From NCBI GenBank assembly GCA_048526005.1, contig DBFVEH010000003.1:64257-128256 (forward strand): a stretch of DNA of 64,000 nt, in the 5' to 3' direction. Position numbers and translations under genes: made by a program. This stretch comes from Eubacteriales bacterium. Lineage in GTDB: Bacteria > Bacillota > Clostridia > Oscillospirales > CAG-272. Of this stretch, positions 1 to 9,305 are shown piece after piece. Position 1 is the stretch's first letter; the number at the start of each line of letters is the position of its first letter. The notes beneath the pieces were generated by a model that did not search any database, was not told the origin of the DNA, and was given only the letters and a program-made list of their open reading frames with translations.

Positions 1-1
1 A

Positions 2-139
2 GGCTTCTGTTTTACACTGACGGAGAACGGCATAAAGGCGGAAGCCTCCGGAGGAGCCTATTCGGACATCGATCTCGGCATCGTCAAATACCACTTTGAA
101 ATAGGCGCCGGCGCCGAGCATTTTCAATGGACAGCCTGA
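2..139 (+). CDS. 3' end of a gene cut by the window edge; possibly nitroreductase-like
   Basis: Open frame from the window edge to TGA at 137-139 (...DLGIVKYHFEIGAGAEHFQWTA*), followed by a terminator hairpin. The family guess rests on the C-terminal motif only. Confidence 0.3.
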   Translation, partial: GFCFTLTENGIKAEASGGAYSDIDLGIVKYHFEIGAGAEHFQWTA

Positions 140-146
140 CAGAAAA

Positions 147-180
147 ACAGACGGCCGTTTTTAACGGCCGTCTGTTTTAT
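147..180. terminator. Bidirectional rho-independent terminator between convergent genes
   Basis: ACAGACGGCCGTT-tt-AACGGCCGTCTGT, a 13-bp perfect stem flanked by an A-run and a T-run. Confidence 0.65.
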
Positions 181-227
181 ATTTTTCATTCGTCATATTG
201 ATTGAACGATAACATAGATTTGAGAAA

Positions 228-725
228 TCACTCCATTCTTCCGTATTTCATCTCGATTCCCCGTAAATCGTATTTTTTGCGCTTGCCGGTGATCTCCGCG
301 ATCTCTATTCTCCAAATCGCCGTGCGGAAAAGGCTCTCCGAGACGGCCTTTTCAAAGCCTCCCATATTCGACGGCGCATACCGTTCGCAGATCAGCCGAA
401 GCGCCTTTCTTTTTTCCTCCTCATCCGATACCTCGTGAGCCGTTCCCCGTATCACGGCGGATTCATATTCCGTCGTAAACTGCTCCGGAACAAGATGAGT
501 ATCCCCGACGCAGGCCACACAGACCTTCGGATGCTTACGCATCGCCTCCGCCTTGAAGCCCTCCTTTGCGGAATGGAAATACAGCGTCATGCCTTCTCTT
601 GCAATCGAAACCGGCACGCAGTACGGATCCCCGTCCGTATCCGTCATGGAAAGCACCGCGTATTCGCATTTATCCGCCACCGAAAGCGCAAACCCCTCCG
701 GCATTTCCCGATCTCGTCTCCTCAA
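228..725 (-). CDS. Pyridoxamine 5'-phosphate oxidase-fold FMN-binding protein (Nim/PNPOx family)
   Basis: 165-aa ORF with a TTG start 6 nt after GAGGGA. The N-terminus MRRRDREM and the DGDPYCVPV...LYFHSA pattern are typical of this family. Confidence 0.7.
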   Translation of the reverse strand: MRRRDREMPEGFALSVADKCEYAVLSMTDTDGDPYCVPVSIAREGMTLYFHSAKEGFKAEAMRKHPKVCVACVGDTHLVPEQFTTEYESAVIRGTAHEVSDEEEKRKALRLICERYAPSNMGGFEKAVSESLFRTAIWRIEIAEITGKRKKYDLRGIEMKYGRME

Positions 726-867
726 TGTTATTCCCTCAATTCTATTTTTTGTTATAGTATAACATAAGTTTAAGATTTGTATAAGCTTTCCGTATCGCGA
801 TTCCGCCTATGTTTTCCCTGTTTTTCGAGTATTTCTGAAATCATCAAAGAAAATATACATGATAGGC

Positions 868-896
868 TTGACAAATCCCGCTTTTCATGCTATACT
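868..896 (+). promoter_or_regulatory. SigA-type promoter of the ylxM-ffh operon
   Basis: TTGACA (868-873), 17-bp spacer, TGc-TATACT (888-896, extended -10). Confidence 0.55.
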
Positions 897-936
897 CTGT
901 AAAGTTATTCACTTTACAGAGCGCGGAGGACATCCG

Positions 937-1284
937 ATGTTTGAAAAAAATCTGCGGCTCATCATGCTTTTCGACATCTACGGCGAGCTTCTCACACCAA
1001 CGCAGAAAACAATGTTCGATCTATATTACAACGACGACCTTTCTCTCGCAGAGGTCGCCGAAAACACCGGCATCACCCGTCAGGGCGCGCGCGACAGCAT
1101 CAAACGGGCCGAGGAGACGCTGCTCTCCCTCGAAGAAACATTGGGACTCGCAGACAAATTCATCCGCATCGAAAAAGCCTCTGAGGAAGCGGGGGAAATC
1201 GTCCGCCGACTAAAAGAGAAATATCCGGCCGACACATGTGATTTCGACCGGATCATAAAGCTGTTGGAGTCCGTCAAACCATAA
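937..1284 (+). CDS. ylxM: YlxM/UPF0122 HTH protein upstream of ffh
   Basis: ATG at 937 after GGAGGA. The sequence MFEKNLRLIMLFDIYGELLTPTQKTMFDLYYNDDLSLAEVAE is the classic YlxM pattern, and the gene sits directly upstream of ffh. Confidence 0.85.
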   Translation: MFEKNLRLIMLFDIYGELLTPTQKTMFDLYYNDDLSLAEVAENTGITRQGARDSIKRAEETLLSLEETLGLADKFIRIEKASEEAGEIVRRLKEKYPADTCDFDRIIKLLESVKP

Positions 1285-1312
1285 CAAGGGTATCTTGGAA
1301 ACGGAGGAAACC

Positions 1313-2653
1313 ATGTTTCAGAACCTTCAGGAAAAGCTCGCGGAAGCCTTTAAGAAATTCAGGAACAAAGGCACGCTGACCGAAAAGGACGTCAGAGAAG
1401 GCATGCGCGCGGTCAAGCTCGCGCTGCTGGAAGCCGACGTCAATTTCAAGGTCGTCCGCGAATTCATAAACAAGGTCACCGAGCGCGCCGTGGGAGCGGA
1501 GGTGCTCGAAAGCCTCATGCCCGCCCAGCAGGTCGTCAAAATCGTCAACGAGGAGCTGACCGCGCTGATGGGCGGGACCCAGTCGAAGCTTCAGATTTCA
1601 TCCAAGCCGCCGACAGTCGTCATGATGGTCGGACTTCAGGGCGCCGGCAAGACCACACATGCGGGCAAGCTCGCCGCTATGATGAAAAAGCAGGGTAAAA
1701 ATCCCCTGCTCGTCGCCTGCGACGTATATCGACCCGCCGCGATCCGACAGCTCCAAATCGTCGGAGAAAAGGCCGGCGTCACAGTATATGCGGAGGACGA
1801 CAAAACCGCGCCGCTCAAAATTGCGAAAAACGGACTTTCCTATGCGAGGAAAAACGGATACGATATGGTGTTCATCGACACGGCGGGCAGACTTCAAATC
1901 GACGAGGCGATGATGGAGGAGCTGCGGGAGCTCAAAAAAGAGCTCGAGCCGACGGAAATCCTTCTCACCATCGACGCCATGGCGGGACAGGCCGCCGTGG
2001 ACGTCGCCGAAACCTTCAACGAAATGCTTGATATCACGGGCGTCATCGTGACGAAGCTCGACGGCGATACGAGAGGCGGCGCGGCGCTTTCCGTCAAATA
2101 TGTCACCGGAAAGCCGATCAAATTCATCGGAACAGGCGAAAAGCTCGACGCCATCGAGCCGTTTTATCCCGACCGCATGGCATCCCGGATCCTCGGTATG
2201 GGAGACATGCTCTCACTCATTGAAAAGGCGGAACAGAATTTCGACATGAAAAAGGCCGCCGAGCTCGAGGAAAAGCTGCGCAAATCCCGTTTTACGCTGA
2301 CGGATTATCTCGATCAGATGAATCAGCTCAAAAATATGGGTTCTCTCGAATCCCTCGTCGGCATGATGCCGGGCATTTCTCCCGGCGCGCTGAAGGATGC
2401 GAATTTCGACGAAAAAATGATTGCGAAAACCGAAGCGATCATCCTTTCCATGACGCCGGCAGAGCGCGAAAAACCGGAAATCATCAATTATTCGAGAAAA
2501 ACCCGCATCGCAAAAGGCTCCGGCACCTCGATTGAGGAAATCAACCGCCTTTTAAAGCAGTTCGACCAAACAAACAAGCTCATGAAGCAGTTTGCCGGAG
2601 GAAAGGGCGCAAAAAAATTCGGCAAGCTCGGCAAGGTGCCGTTTCCACGTTAA
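1313..2653 (+). CDS. ffh: Signal recognition particle protein Ffh
   Basis: Starts MFQNLQEKLAEAFKK after a GGAGGA RBS. GLQGAGKTT P-loop, DTAGR and TKLDGD motifs, and a Met-rich M domain. Confidence 0.97.
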   Translation: MFQNLQEKLAEAFKKFRNKGTLTEKDVREGMRAVKLALLEADVNFKVVREFINKVTERAVGAEVLESLMPAQQVVKIVNEELTALMGGTQSKLQISSKPPTVVMMVGLQGAGKTTHAGKLAAMMKKQGKNPLLVACDVYRPAAIRQLQIVGEKAGVTVYAEDDKTAPLKIAKNGLSYARKNGYDMVFIDTAGRLQIDEAMMEELRELKKELEPTEILLTIDAMAGQAAVDVAETFNEMLDITGVIVTKLDGDTRGGAALSVKYVTGKPIKFIGTGEKLDAIEPFYPDRMASRILGMGDMLSLIEKAEQNFDMKKAAELEEKLRKSRFTLTDYLDQMNQLKNMGSLESLVGMMPGISPGALKDANFDEKMIAKTEAIILSMTPAEREKPEIINYSRKTRIAKGSGTSIEEINRLLKQFDQTNKLMKQFAGGKGAKKFGKLGKVPFPR

Positions 2654-2719
2654 TGATTCAGGCGATCAAGAATCGGTTGAAAAATTATAGAAAACAACAA
2701 ATTTTTGGAGGACACAAGC

Positions 2720-2965
2720 ATGTCAGTTAAAATCAGACTCAAAAGAATCGGAGCCAAAAAGGCTCCCTTTTACCGCGTCGTCGTCGCGGATTCCCGTTAT
2801 CCCCGCGACGGAAGATTCATCGAGGAGCTCGGTTATTACAATCCGCTGACCGATCCCGCCGATATCAAAATTGACCCCGAAAAAGCGAAGAAATGGATTG
2901 CCAACGGTGCACAGCCCACGGAAACGGTCAGAAGCCTGCTGAAAAAAGCCGGCATCACCGAATAA
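2720..2965 (+). CDS. rpsP: 30S ribosomal protein S16
   Basis: [26 protein letters not shown]..., ATG at 2720 after GGAGGA. Confidence 0.97.
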   Translation: MSVKIRLKRIGAKKAPFYRVVVADSRYPRDGRFIEELGYYNPLTDPADIKIDPEKAKKWIANGAQPTETVRSLLKKAGITE

Positions 2966-2980
2966 TTCGGAGACACAGAA

Positions 2981-3220
2981 ATGACCGATCTCAAAGGGAC
3001 TCTCGCCAACATTGCGAGAGCGATTGTCGACAATCCCGACGAAGTCACCGTCATCGCGGCGGAGGAAACGGAAAACAGCGTAACGTTAAAGCTTTCCGTC
3101 GCGCCCTCCGACATGGGTAAGGTGATCGGCAAGCACGGCAAGATCGCCAAGGCGATCCGCCAGCTGATGAAGGCCGCGGCAAACGGAACCGGAAAAAAAG
3201 TGACAGTCGATATCGAATAA
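2981..3220 (+). CDS. khpA: KH-domain RNA-binding protein (YlqC/KhpA)
   Basis: 79 aa with the KH motif VIGKHGKIAKAIRQL, in the conserved position after rpsP. Confidence 0.85.
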   Translation: MTDLKGTLANIARAIVDNPDEVTVIAAEETENSVTLKLSVAPSDMGKVIGKHGKIAKAIRQLMKAAANGTGKKVTVDIE

Positions 3221-3221
3221 G

Positions 3222-3250
3222 AAAAAGGAACGGATTCTCCGTTCCTTTTT
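3222..3250. terminator. Bidirectional terminator ending the ffh operon and the convergent kinase-like gene
   Basis: AAAAAGGAACGG-attctc-CCGTTCCTTTTT. Confidence 0.65.
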
Positions 3251-4014
3251 CATTGCAACGCACTCTCAAGGATGCTTCGATGCCGCAAGATCCAGTAAAG
3301 GCTGCGGGCTCGCCACGCAAAGCCCCACAGGCTTCCCTCGCTTTCCGGCGTCAGCTTCGGACCGATCGCCTCATGCGCGGTCTCGCAGATGATCACGTTC
3401 ATAATCCGCTCGATCATGCCCCACCGCTCTCCCTGCGCAAGGCCATAGGCGTCGCAGATCAGGCGCACCTGCGCCGCACGCCGCTTAGGTGACGGCAGCC
3501 CCTGCATTTCGGCGATATCGTCGTCATGAAGCTGCGCAAACAGCCACAGGACGCGGGCAAGCTCCGTCATAGGATCGAGCGGTCCCGCATACTCCCAATC
3601 TATGAGAAGATACGGCATACCATCCCGTGTCAGAAGATTCCACGGCGCAATGTCGCCGTGACACCAAATGCGGTACTTTCCGTCAAGCTCTCTGAGATAC
3701 CACGGACGAAATCGCTCCTTGTCCTGCGGTACATAATCCGCACCGGCGTCGTGCAGCGACCGCACAAGACTGCCCACAGCGAACAGCGCTTCATCGCTCC
3801 ATGCTTTCGGATGAACCAACTCCGCCTGCTCAAACCGATAAGCTTCCTTGCCCGCTTCAATCCGCAGCGGCTTTTCGACCGGCAGATCCCTCTCTGCCAA
3901 ATATCGCAGAAACCGGAAAATCTCCGGCGAGGAAGCATCCGCTTCCCGTAGGATCTCGCAGCCGTCTGACAAAACGGTTTTTCCGGTGTTTTCGGATAGA
4001 TCATGAAATTTCAT
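3250..4014 (-). CDS. Phosphotransferase (APH/choline-kinase-like) family protein
   Basis: 254 aa. HGDIAPWNLL...LLIDWEYAG matches the catalytic-loop plus DxE/D motif of the APH fold. AGGAGG RBS. Confidence 0.7.
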   Translation of the reverse strand: MKFHDLSENTGKTVLSDGCEILREADASSPEIFRFLRYLAERDLPVEKPLRIEAGKEAYRFEQAELVHPKAWSDEALFAVGSLVRSLHDAGADYVPQDKERFRPWYLRELDGKYRIWCHGDIAPWNLLTRDGMPYLLIDWEYAGPLDPMTELARVLWLFAQLHDDDIAEMQGLPSPKRRAAQVRLICDAYGLAQGERWGMIERIMNVIICETAHEAIGPKLTPESEGSLWGFAWRARSLYWILRHRSILESALQ

Positions 4015-4082
4015 CGCTATGATATCCTCCTACTAATTTTCGATATAATGACAAAAAATCATTTTTTAATATGTCTATCCCT

Positions 4083-4112
4083 AAAAAATCCGGCGGTATC
4101 GCCGGATTTTTT
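4083..4112. terminator. Terminator after the amino-acid ABC operon
   Basis: AAAAAATCCGGCG-gtat-CGCCGGATTTTTT. Confidence 0.65.
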
Positions 4113-4128
4113 ATTTTATACAAACGCA

Positions 4129-4938
4129 TCAAACATTTGATACGCTTGTATTATTGTAAAACGAAGTCAAAAAGGTCTGCAATCTTGCGTTTCCGCTTTG
4201 ACCGAATATCTCGTCGGAAGGGCCCTCCGCCGCGATCACGCCGTCATCCATAAAAATGATTTTATCCGAAACATCACGGGCAAACGTCATCTCATGCGTG
4301 ACAATGATCATCGTCATATTTTCCGCCGCAAGCTCCTTGATGATCTTCAATACCTCGCCTGTGATCTCCGGGTCCAGCGCCGAGGTCGGCTCGTCGAAGC
4401 AGAGAACATCCGGATTCAAGGCCAATGCCCGCGCAATGGAAACACGCTGCTGCTGTCCGCCGGAAAGCTGACAGGGATAAAAGTCCCTTTTATCTGCAAG
4501 TCCGACCTTGGAGAGAAGTGCCGTGGCCTTTTCTTCCACTTCGGACAACAGCGCCGCCCGTTCCTCACGGGAGAGCTTTTTCTTCTTACAATGTTCACGC
4601 AAACGGAGCTTCGGGGCGAGCGTCACATTTTCAAGCGCCGTATACTGGGGAAACAGATTAAAAGACTGAAACACCAATCCGAAGCTCAAATGCGAAGCTT
4701 CCCTCGACGCGGCTTTGCCTGCCGCCGTTCCCGCACCGAAAATCCGGTTTCCATTTACATAAATTTCGCCGCCGTCTGCCGTTTCCAGCGAATTGATACA
4801 GCGAAGAAGCGTCGTCTTTCCGCTTCCGGAAGAGCCGATGATCGACAGCACCTGTCCTTGTCCAAGCGTAAAATCAATTCCCTTCAATACCGCTGTCCCA
4901 TCGAAGCTTTTGGTCAAGCCTCTGACTTCCAAAAACAT
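4129..4938 (-). CDS. Polar amino-acid ABC transporter, ATP-binding protein
   Basis: ATG at 4938 (MFLEVRGLTKSF) after GAGGAGGA. Walker A GSSGSGKTT, signature LSGGQQQR, Walker B LCFDEPTSALD. The 5' extension of the ORF was rejected. Confidence 0.92.
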   Translation of the reverse strand: MFLEVRGLTKSFDGTAVLKGIDFTLGQGQVLSIIGSSGSGKTTLLRCINSLETADGGEIYVNGNRIFGAGTAAGKAASREASHLSFGLVFQSFNLFPQYTALENVTLAPKLRLREHCKKKKLSREERAALLSEVEEKATALLSKVGLADKRDFYPCQLSGGQQQRVSIARALALNPDVLCFDEPTSALDPEITGEVLKIIKELAAENMTMIIVTHEMTFARDVSDKIIFMDDGVIAAEGPSDEIFGQSGNARLQTFLTSFYNNTSVSNV

Positions 4939-4951
4939 AGCGTTCTCCTCC

Positions 4952-5662
4952 TCATGCCTTAAAATAGGAAAGCCTTTTTTCGGCATATCCGAAAAGAAGC
5001 GTCAGCGCACCGACGAAAAGCAGATAAAATACACCCGTATAAAACAATGGCCACGTAAGGGCCTGCGTCGCCGCCATATCCTTCGCGCGTTTGATGATCT
5101 CCGGAATGGCGATGACATTGGCAAGCGAGGTGTCCTTCACCAGCGTGATGACCTCATTGGACATCGGCGGAAGGATGCGCTTGACCACCTGCTTCAAAAT
5201 AACCTTGCGGAAAATCTGTCCTCTCGTCATACCGAGAACCTGTCCCGCTTCATACTGACCATGCGGGATACTCTCGATCCCGCCTCGAAAAATCTCCGAA
5301 AAATAACAGGCATAGTTGACGACAAACGCGATCAGCACCGCGCAGAAGCTGCCGTAATACAAAAGCTGGCTGCTGCCCGTGAGCTGCGTAAAATAACGGT
5401 CGAGCCCGTCAAACACATTCACGCTTCCGGTGCCGAGAAGCCCCGGCAGATAATAGATCATACAAATAAACAGCATCAGCGGGATTCCACGGATCACCCA
5501 CACGAAAATCCGGCTCACCACTTTTATCGGCTTCCACTTGCTCATCGTGCAGAAAGAAAGCCCGAGTCCAAGCGGCAAGGCGAATATCAGCGTCAGCAGA
5601 AAAAGCAGACAAGTGAGTCCGAAGCCATGCAGAAGATCAAGCGTGATTTGCCAAAAGGTCAT
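4952..5662 (-). CDS. Polar amino-acid ABC transporter permease (His/Glu/Gln/Arg/opine family)
   Basis: 236-aa multi-TM protein with an EAGQVLGMTRGQIFRKVILKQ-type EAA loop. Confidence 0.9.
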   Translation of the reverse strand: MTFWQITLDLLHGFGLTCLLFLLTLIFALPLGLGLSFCTMSKWKPIKVVSRIFVWVIRGIPLMLFICMIYYLPGLLGTGSVNVFDGLDRYFTQLTGSSQLLYYGSFCAVLIAFVVNYACYFSEIFRGGIESIPHGQYEAGQVLGMTRGQIFRKVILKQVVKRILPPMSNEVITLVKDTSLANVIAIPEIIKRAKDMAATQALTWPLFYTGVFYLLFVGALTLLFGYAEKRLSYFKA

Positions 5663-5703
5663 GTAAATTCTCCATTATGTAAACTTATCTTTTCCCGATA
5701 GAA

Positions 5704-6495
5704 TCATTTCTGATCGGAAAAATCCGTGATGGCCGTATTGGATACGCCATATTTTTCAGCGAGTTTTGCAATCGTACCATCCGCAGCAAGCTCCTCGAGC
5801 ACACGGTTGACCTCGGAGGTAAGTGCGCTTCCCTTTTTGAAGCCGATGGCATAATATTCCGGATCGCTCGAAACACTCTCACAAATGGCAAGGTCGGCAT
5901 AGTCTCCCGTACCGACATACGCTTTCGCCAGCTGTTCGTCCAAGACGACAAAATCAGCCGTACCGAGCGTGAGCTCCTGCAGCGCCGTGACCTGTGATTC
6001 GGCATCCTTTTTGACGCAGTCCGTCAAATTATCCAAATAAGAATATCCGGCGGAGCCTTTCTCGGCGCTCCCGACCTTTCCGGCAAAGGAATCCAATCCG
6101 GTAACGGTATCGGCCAAAGCCTTCGTCGTGACGACGACCTGTTTATTGAGCATATAATTATAGGAAAAATCGACCTTTTCGCTTCTTGCGATACCGTCGT
6201 CATCCGCCGTATTCGCGGTAAAGCCGTTCCACAGACAATCGACAGTGCCCGCCTCGAGCTCAAGATATTTCTGATTCCAGTTGATTTCCTTAAACGTCAC
6301 CGTATAACCGAGCTTATCAAATACCGCCTCGGCCAGCTCCGTATCAAAGCCGATAAGCTTCCCGCTCTCGTCTAAATAATTCATCGGCTTATAGACCGTA
6401 TAGCCGACAACGACCATCTTTTTCTGTTCCCCGCATGAGACAAAAAGCGAGGCCAAAAGCAGAGCGGATAGCATAAGTGCAAGCAATTTTTTCAT
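5704..6495 (-). CDS. Amino-acid ABC transporter substrate-binding lipoprotein
   Basis: ATG at 6495 after AAAGGAG. MKKLLALMLSALLLASLFVSC lipobox and a type-3 SBP-like body. The upstream 130 codons of the 396-aa ORF overlap the neighbouring gene and were rejected. Confidence 0.85.
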   Translation of the reverse strand: MKKLLALMLSALLLASLFVSCGEQKKMVVVGYTVYKPMNYLDESGKLIGFDTELAEAVFDKLGYTVTFKEINWNQKYLELEAGTVDCLWNGFTANTADDDGIARSEKVDFSYNYMLNKQVVVTTKALADTVTGLDSFAGKVGSAEKGSAGYSYLDNLTDCVKKDAESQVTALQELTLGTADFVVLDEQLAKAYVGTGDYADLAICESVSSDPEYYAIGFKKGSALTSEVNRVLEELAADGTIAKLAEKYGVSNTAITDFSDQK

Positions 6496-6537
6496 GTTGT
6501 GATCTCCTTTAAAAGTTTTTTGTTTTAGCTTGTTAAA

Positions 6538-6566
6538 ATGATAGCACAATGTTTTCACTTTGTCAA
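6538..6566 (-). promoter_or_regulatory. SigA-type promoter of the amino-acid ABC operon
   Basis: Minus strand: TTGACA (6566-6561), 17 bp, TGc-TATCAT (6543-6538). Confidence 0.5.
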
Positions 6567-6667
6567 GAGGTTCAACAAAAGAATCAACTATTTTTTGCCG
6601 TCCATAAGCCAAAAACCCCGGTATTACAGAAAGAAAACCGCCGGCGCAGCGCGAGAAAGCTACGGCC

Positions 6668-6704
6668 GTAAAAAGAAAACGGCTGCCTTTTGCAGCCGTT
6701 TTCT
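6668..6704 (-). terminator. Terminator after the 853-aa membrane protein gene
   Basis: Minus strand: GAAAACGGCTGC-aaaa-GGCAGCCGTTTTC followed by TTTTT, immediately after the stop codon. Confidence 0.65.
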
Positions 6705-9266
6705 TCATATATAAATTTTGGATACACAAATCATTGGAATCAGCCAAAAGCATTGATACAGCGCCGGATATAGGGAGAGCATACCGGACATGGCGCCGGT
6801 AAAGAGCACCAAGGCCATCACCGCGACACCGAGCACGGAGGCGACGATCTTCAACACGAGATTGGTCTTCCCGACATTTCCGAGCTTGTCGCAAAGCATC
6901 ATGGTCTTGACGGTGTCCTTAACGGAGCCGACCGAAATCACCCCGCCGTTTTCTGCGGAAATAGCTGCTGATTTTTCCTCTGCCGTCAGCCCTTTGATGA
7001 TTTTGACCGGATATTTTTCCGGGTTCATTTTATTGTCATACAAGATGCCGTCGTCAATGCAGGGGTCTGCCGTGCGGATCGAAACGCATATGCCCATGTC
7101 GGCCAAATGGCGCACGATATATATAAAATCTGAGGTGGTATTGTACTGAATATAGAATTTCGCAATGATGATCTGTTCGCAGGCGAGATAAAGGATCCGC
7201 TTGTTCGACTGTCCCTCGTATTCCTCATCGCCCTGCTCCGGCATCGTTTCAAAGCACTGATTTTCCATGTAGGTCGGACGTCCGATCACAATGTTTTTCC
7301 CGTCTACCATCGCGCAGACGCCCTCGTTCGCGATTTCGCGGATCTCGACATCCTCGGAATTGACGGAATTGAGCGTCGCCTGCTTGAATACCGAGGAAAG
7401 CGGTCCGCCGAGCTTGGAAAATACGCTGGAAGCGTAATAAACGACATTTTCGATGTTTCTGTCGGCAAAAATCTTGATGCCTCTGACCTTGATTTTTCCG
7501 GCCGGGAAAGCATCCTCGTCACGAAATGCGACGACGGCGGTATTCTCATATTCCTCCGGCGTCTTGTCGCCCACGATCGCGGAATTATAAGTATAGGCAC
7601 GGCGGGAAGCCAGATAAATCGGGTACGCATAGGAAAAGAAAGCTGCAAACGGCGCCGTCATCAAAAACGTCGCATATGCCGTGCCAAAGCTTTCCGCCAC
7701 CGTCTGATCCATCGCAAATTTCGCAAGGAAAAAGAAGATAACGGCAACGCCAAGACAAACCGGCAAAAAGAATTTCAGGATGGCCGTCGATTTCGGTCTC
7801 TCCTTTCTTCTCGCAAAGAAATCCGACACGAAATCCGTCTTTTTGATGACGGCCACATCCGCGCCGTCTCCGAGATATTCCGAAAACTCCGTCTCCTCCG
7901 GCGTCCTGACATTCTCCGAAACGCCGGTGCGCACGATCACCTTTTTGACCTTGCCGGAGGACACAATCTTAAACGAATAAACGTCGCGGCGCAGAGAAAT
8001 AAAGATGCAGACCGTATTCAGAAATACGCATACGGCGAACGCGAAATTGTACATCCTCGGAATTTCATAGGACGGCGCCGCAAAAGCCGTGACAAGCGTC
8101 GTCACGAAAGACAGCACAAATGCGACAAGCGTAATGGAATCCGGATCGAATTCAAATTTCAAGAGAGCCTTCACCGCCAAAAGCATCCGGTCGAGCACAA
8201 GCGCAAAGCAGGCAAACGACAAAACCCAGTCCACCGCTACAAAATTGTTTTTTCCGCCGAGGCTTTCCGCGACGGACGGAATATTTTCGAGCAGCAGCAG
8301 CAGCACCGCGAGCGCCCCCGCCAAAATCATTCTCAGTCTGGCAAAGTTATATTTTGACTTAAAAATCGCAAAAATCGATTTGTTCTGAGCGGGATCCGTA
8401 TATTCAAATTCGCCCGTCCCGCTTTCGCCGACGGAGACAGGCTCCGCCTCTTCGCCCTCAAGCTCTCGCGCCGAAATTTCTTCCGTCGATTGCAGGTCGC
8501 CGGTATCCGCAAGCGAAAATTCTCCGAACAGATTTCCGGTATCGGCAGTCTCCGCTTTCTGCGGATTCAGCCCAAAAGCTTTCATCATCGCCGTATCGGT
8601 GGGGATTTCCGTTTCGGCGGTCACGCCGCTTTCCCGCTTCCCCGCTTTTTCTTTTTTCTTTGTTTTTTCCTTAGCCGCTTCCGGCTCATATGCGGCAAGC
8701 TGCTCCGTGCTGTCGAGTGTCAGGCTGTATTCGCCCGTTCCGCTCCCCGCAGCGATCGTTTCCACGGTGCTGGATATGATAGGAGGCTCCTGCGTCCTTA
8801 CAAGCTCATCGGAGGTCGAAATGGAATCTATGTACTTTTCCGCCTCGTCGATGTTTTTCTCCACATCGGTTTTCGGCATAGAATCCACGCCGGAGCGCTG
8901 TTCGGCATCCAAAATCCGCTGATGGACGCCGTCATATCCCGCGCTTTCCGTGGATTTGCTTTCTCCGCCGAGATATTTATCAAAAAGGCTCTGCAGCTCC
9001 GCCTCGCTGATCTCTCCGGTATCCTGCGAAGGATTCTTTTTCTTTTTTTTCTCCTTTACAGCCGGCACTTCCGCCGTGGCCGTATATGCGACGACATCCG
9101 GATCTCCCGCGTCCGAATCCTCCATGGCGTCGAGATTCTTCATCGCGCTTTTTTCCGCTTCCACACGGGTGGCGTCATACCGATTGTTGAGACGGCGCAA
9201 AAGTCCCTGAGCCGAATTTTCAAGCTCATCATAAGACTGTTTTCCGGTCTTGTCGTTTTTCTCCAT
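6705..9266 (-). CDS. Large membrane protein with an acidic N-terminal region and a degenerate P-type ATPase-like C-terminal half
   Basis: 853 aa, GGGAGG RBS, about 8 hydrophobic helices. The C-terminal part resembles P1B-ATPase P/N domains, but the catalytic motifs are altered (DKTPE, TAD, GSVKDT). Confidence 0.5.
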   Translation of the reverse strand: MEKNDKTGKQSYDELENSAQGLLRRLNNRYDATRVEAEKSAMKNLDAMEDSDAGDPDVVAYTATAEVPAVKEKKKKKNPSQDTGEISEAELQSLFDKYLGGESKSTESAGYDGVHQRILDAEQRSGVDSMPKTDVEKNIDEAEKYIDSISTSDELVRTQEPPIISSTVETIAAGSGTGEYSLTLDSTEQLAAYEPEAAKEKTKKKEKAGKRESGVTAETEIPTDTAMMKAFGLNPQKAETADTGNLFGEFSLADTGDLQSTEEISARELEGEEAEPVSVGESGTGEFEYTDPAQNKSIFAIFKSKYNFARLRMILAGALAVLLLLLENIPSVAESLGGKNNFVAVDWVLSFACFALVLDRMLLAVKALLKFEFDPDSITLVAFVLSFVTTLVTAFAAPSYEIPRMYNFAFAVCVFLNTVCIFISLRRDVYSFKIVSSGKVKKVIVRTGVSENVRTPEETEFSEYLGDGADVAVIKKTDFVSDFFARRKERPKSTAILKFFLPVCLGVAVIFFFLAKFAMDQTVAESFGTAYATFLMTAPFAAFFSYAYPIYLASRRAYTYNSAIVGDKTPEEYENTAVVAFRDEDAFPAGKIKVRGIKIFADRNIENVVYYASSVFSKLGGPLSSVFKQATLNSVNSEDVEIREIANEGVCAMVDGKNIVIGRPTYMENQCFETMPEQGDEEYEGQSNKRILYLACEQIIIAKFYIQYNTTSDFIYIVRHLADMGICVSIRTADPCIDDGILYDNKMNPEKYPVKIIKGLTAEEKSAAISAENGGVISVGSVKDTVKTMMLCDKLGNVGKTNLVLKIVASVLGVAVMALVLFTGAMSGMLSLYPALYQCFWLIPMICVSKIYI

Positions 9267-9305
9267 GAGAAATAACCTCCCACAATAAATCTGTAATCCT
9301 AAACT

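Noticed and set aside
3221-3260. Absence of rimM-trmD-rplS after khpA as a possible rearrangement
   Set aside because: The operon ends in a clean bidirectional terminator and the convergent gene is intact. Gene order here varies among Firmicutes, so this is not informative on its own.
6496-6894. N-terminal extensions proposed by the ORF track, for example 5704-6894, 4939-4986, 19334-19366, 20560-20610, 22281-22313, 22957-23025, 23832-23987, 42258-42482, 47421-47564 and 50368-50565
   Set aside because: Internal ATG, TTG or GTG starts with good SD sequences give N-termini typical of each family. The extensions overlap neighbouring genes, terminators or a tRNA.
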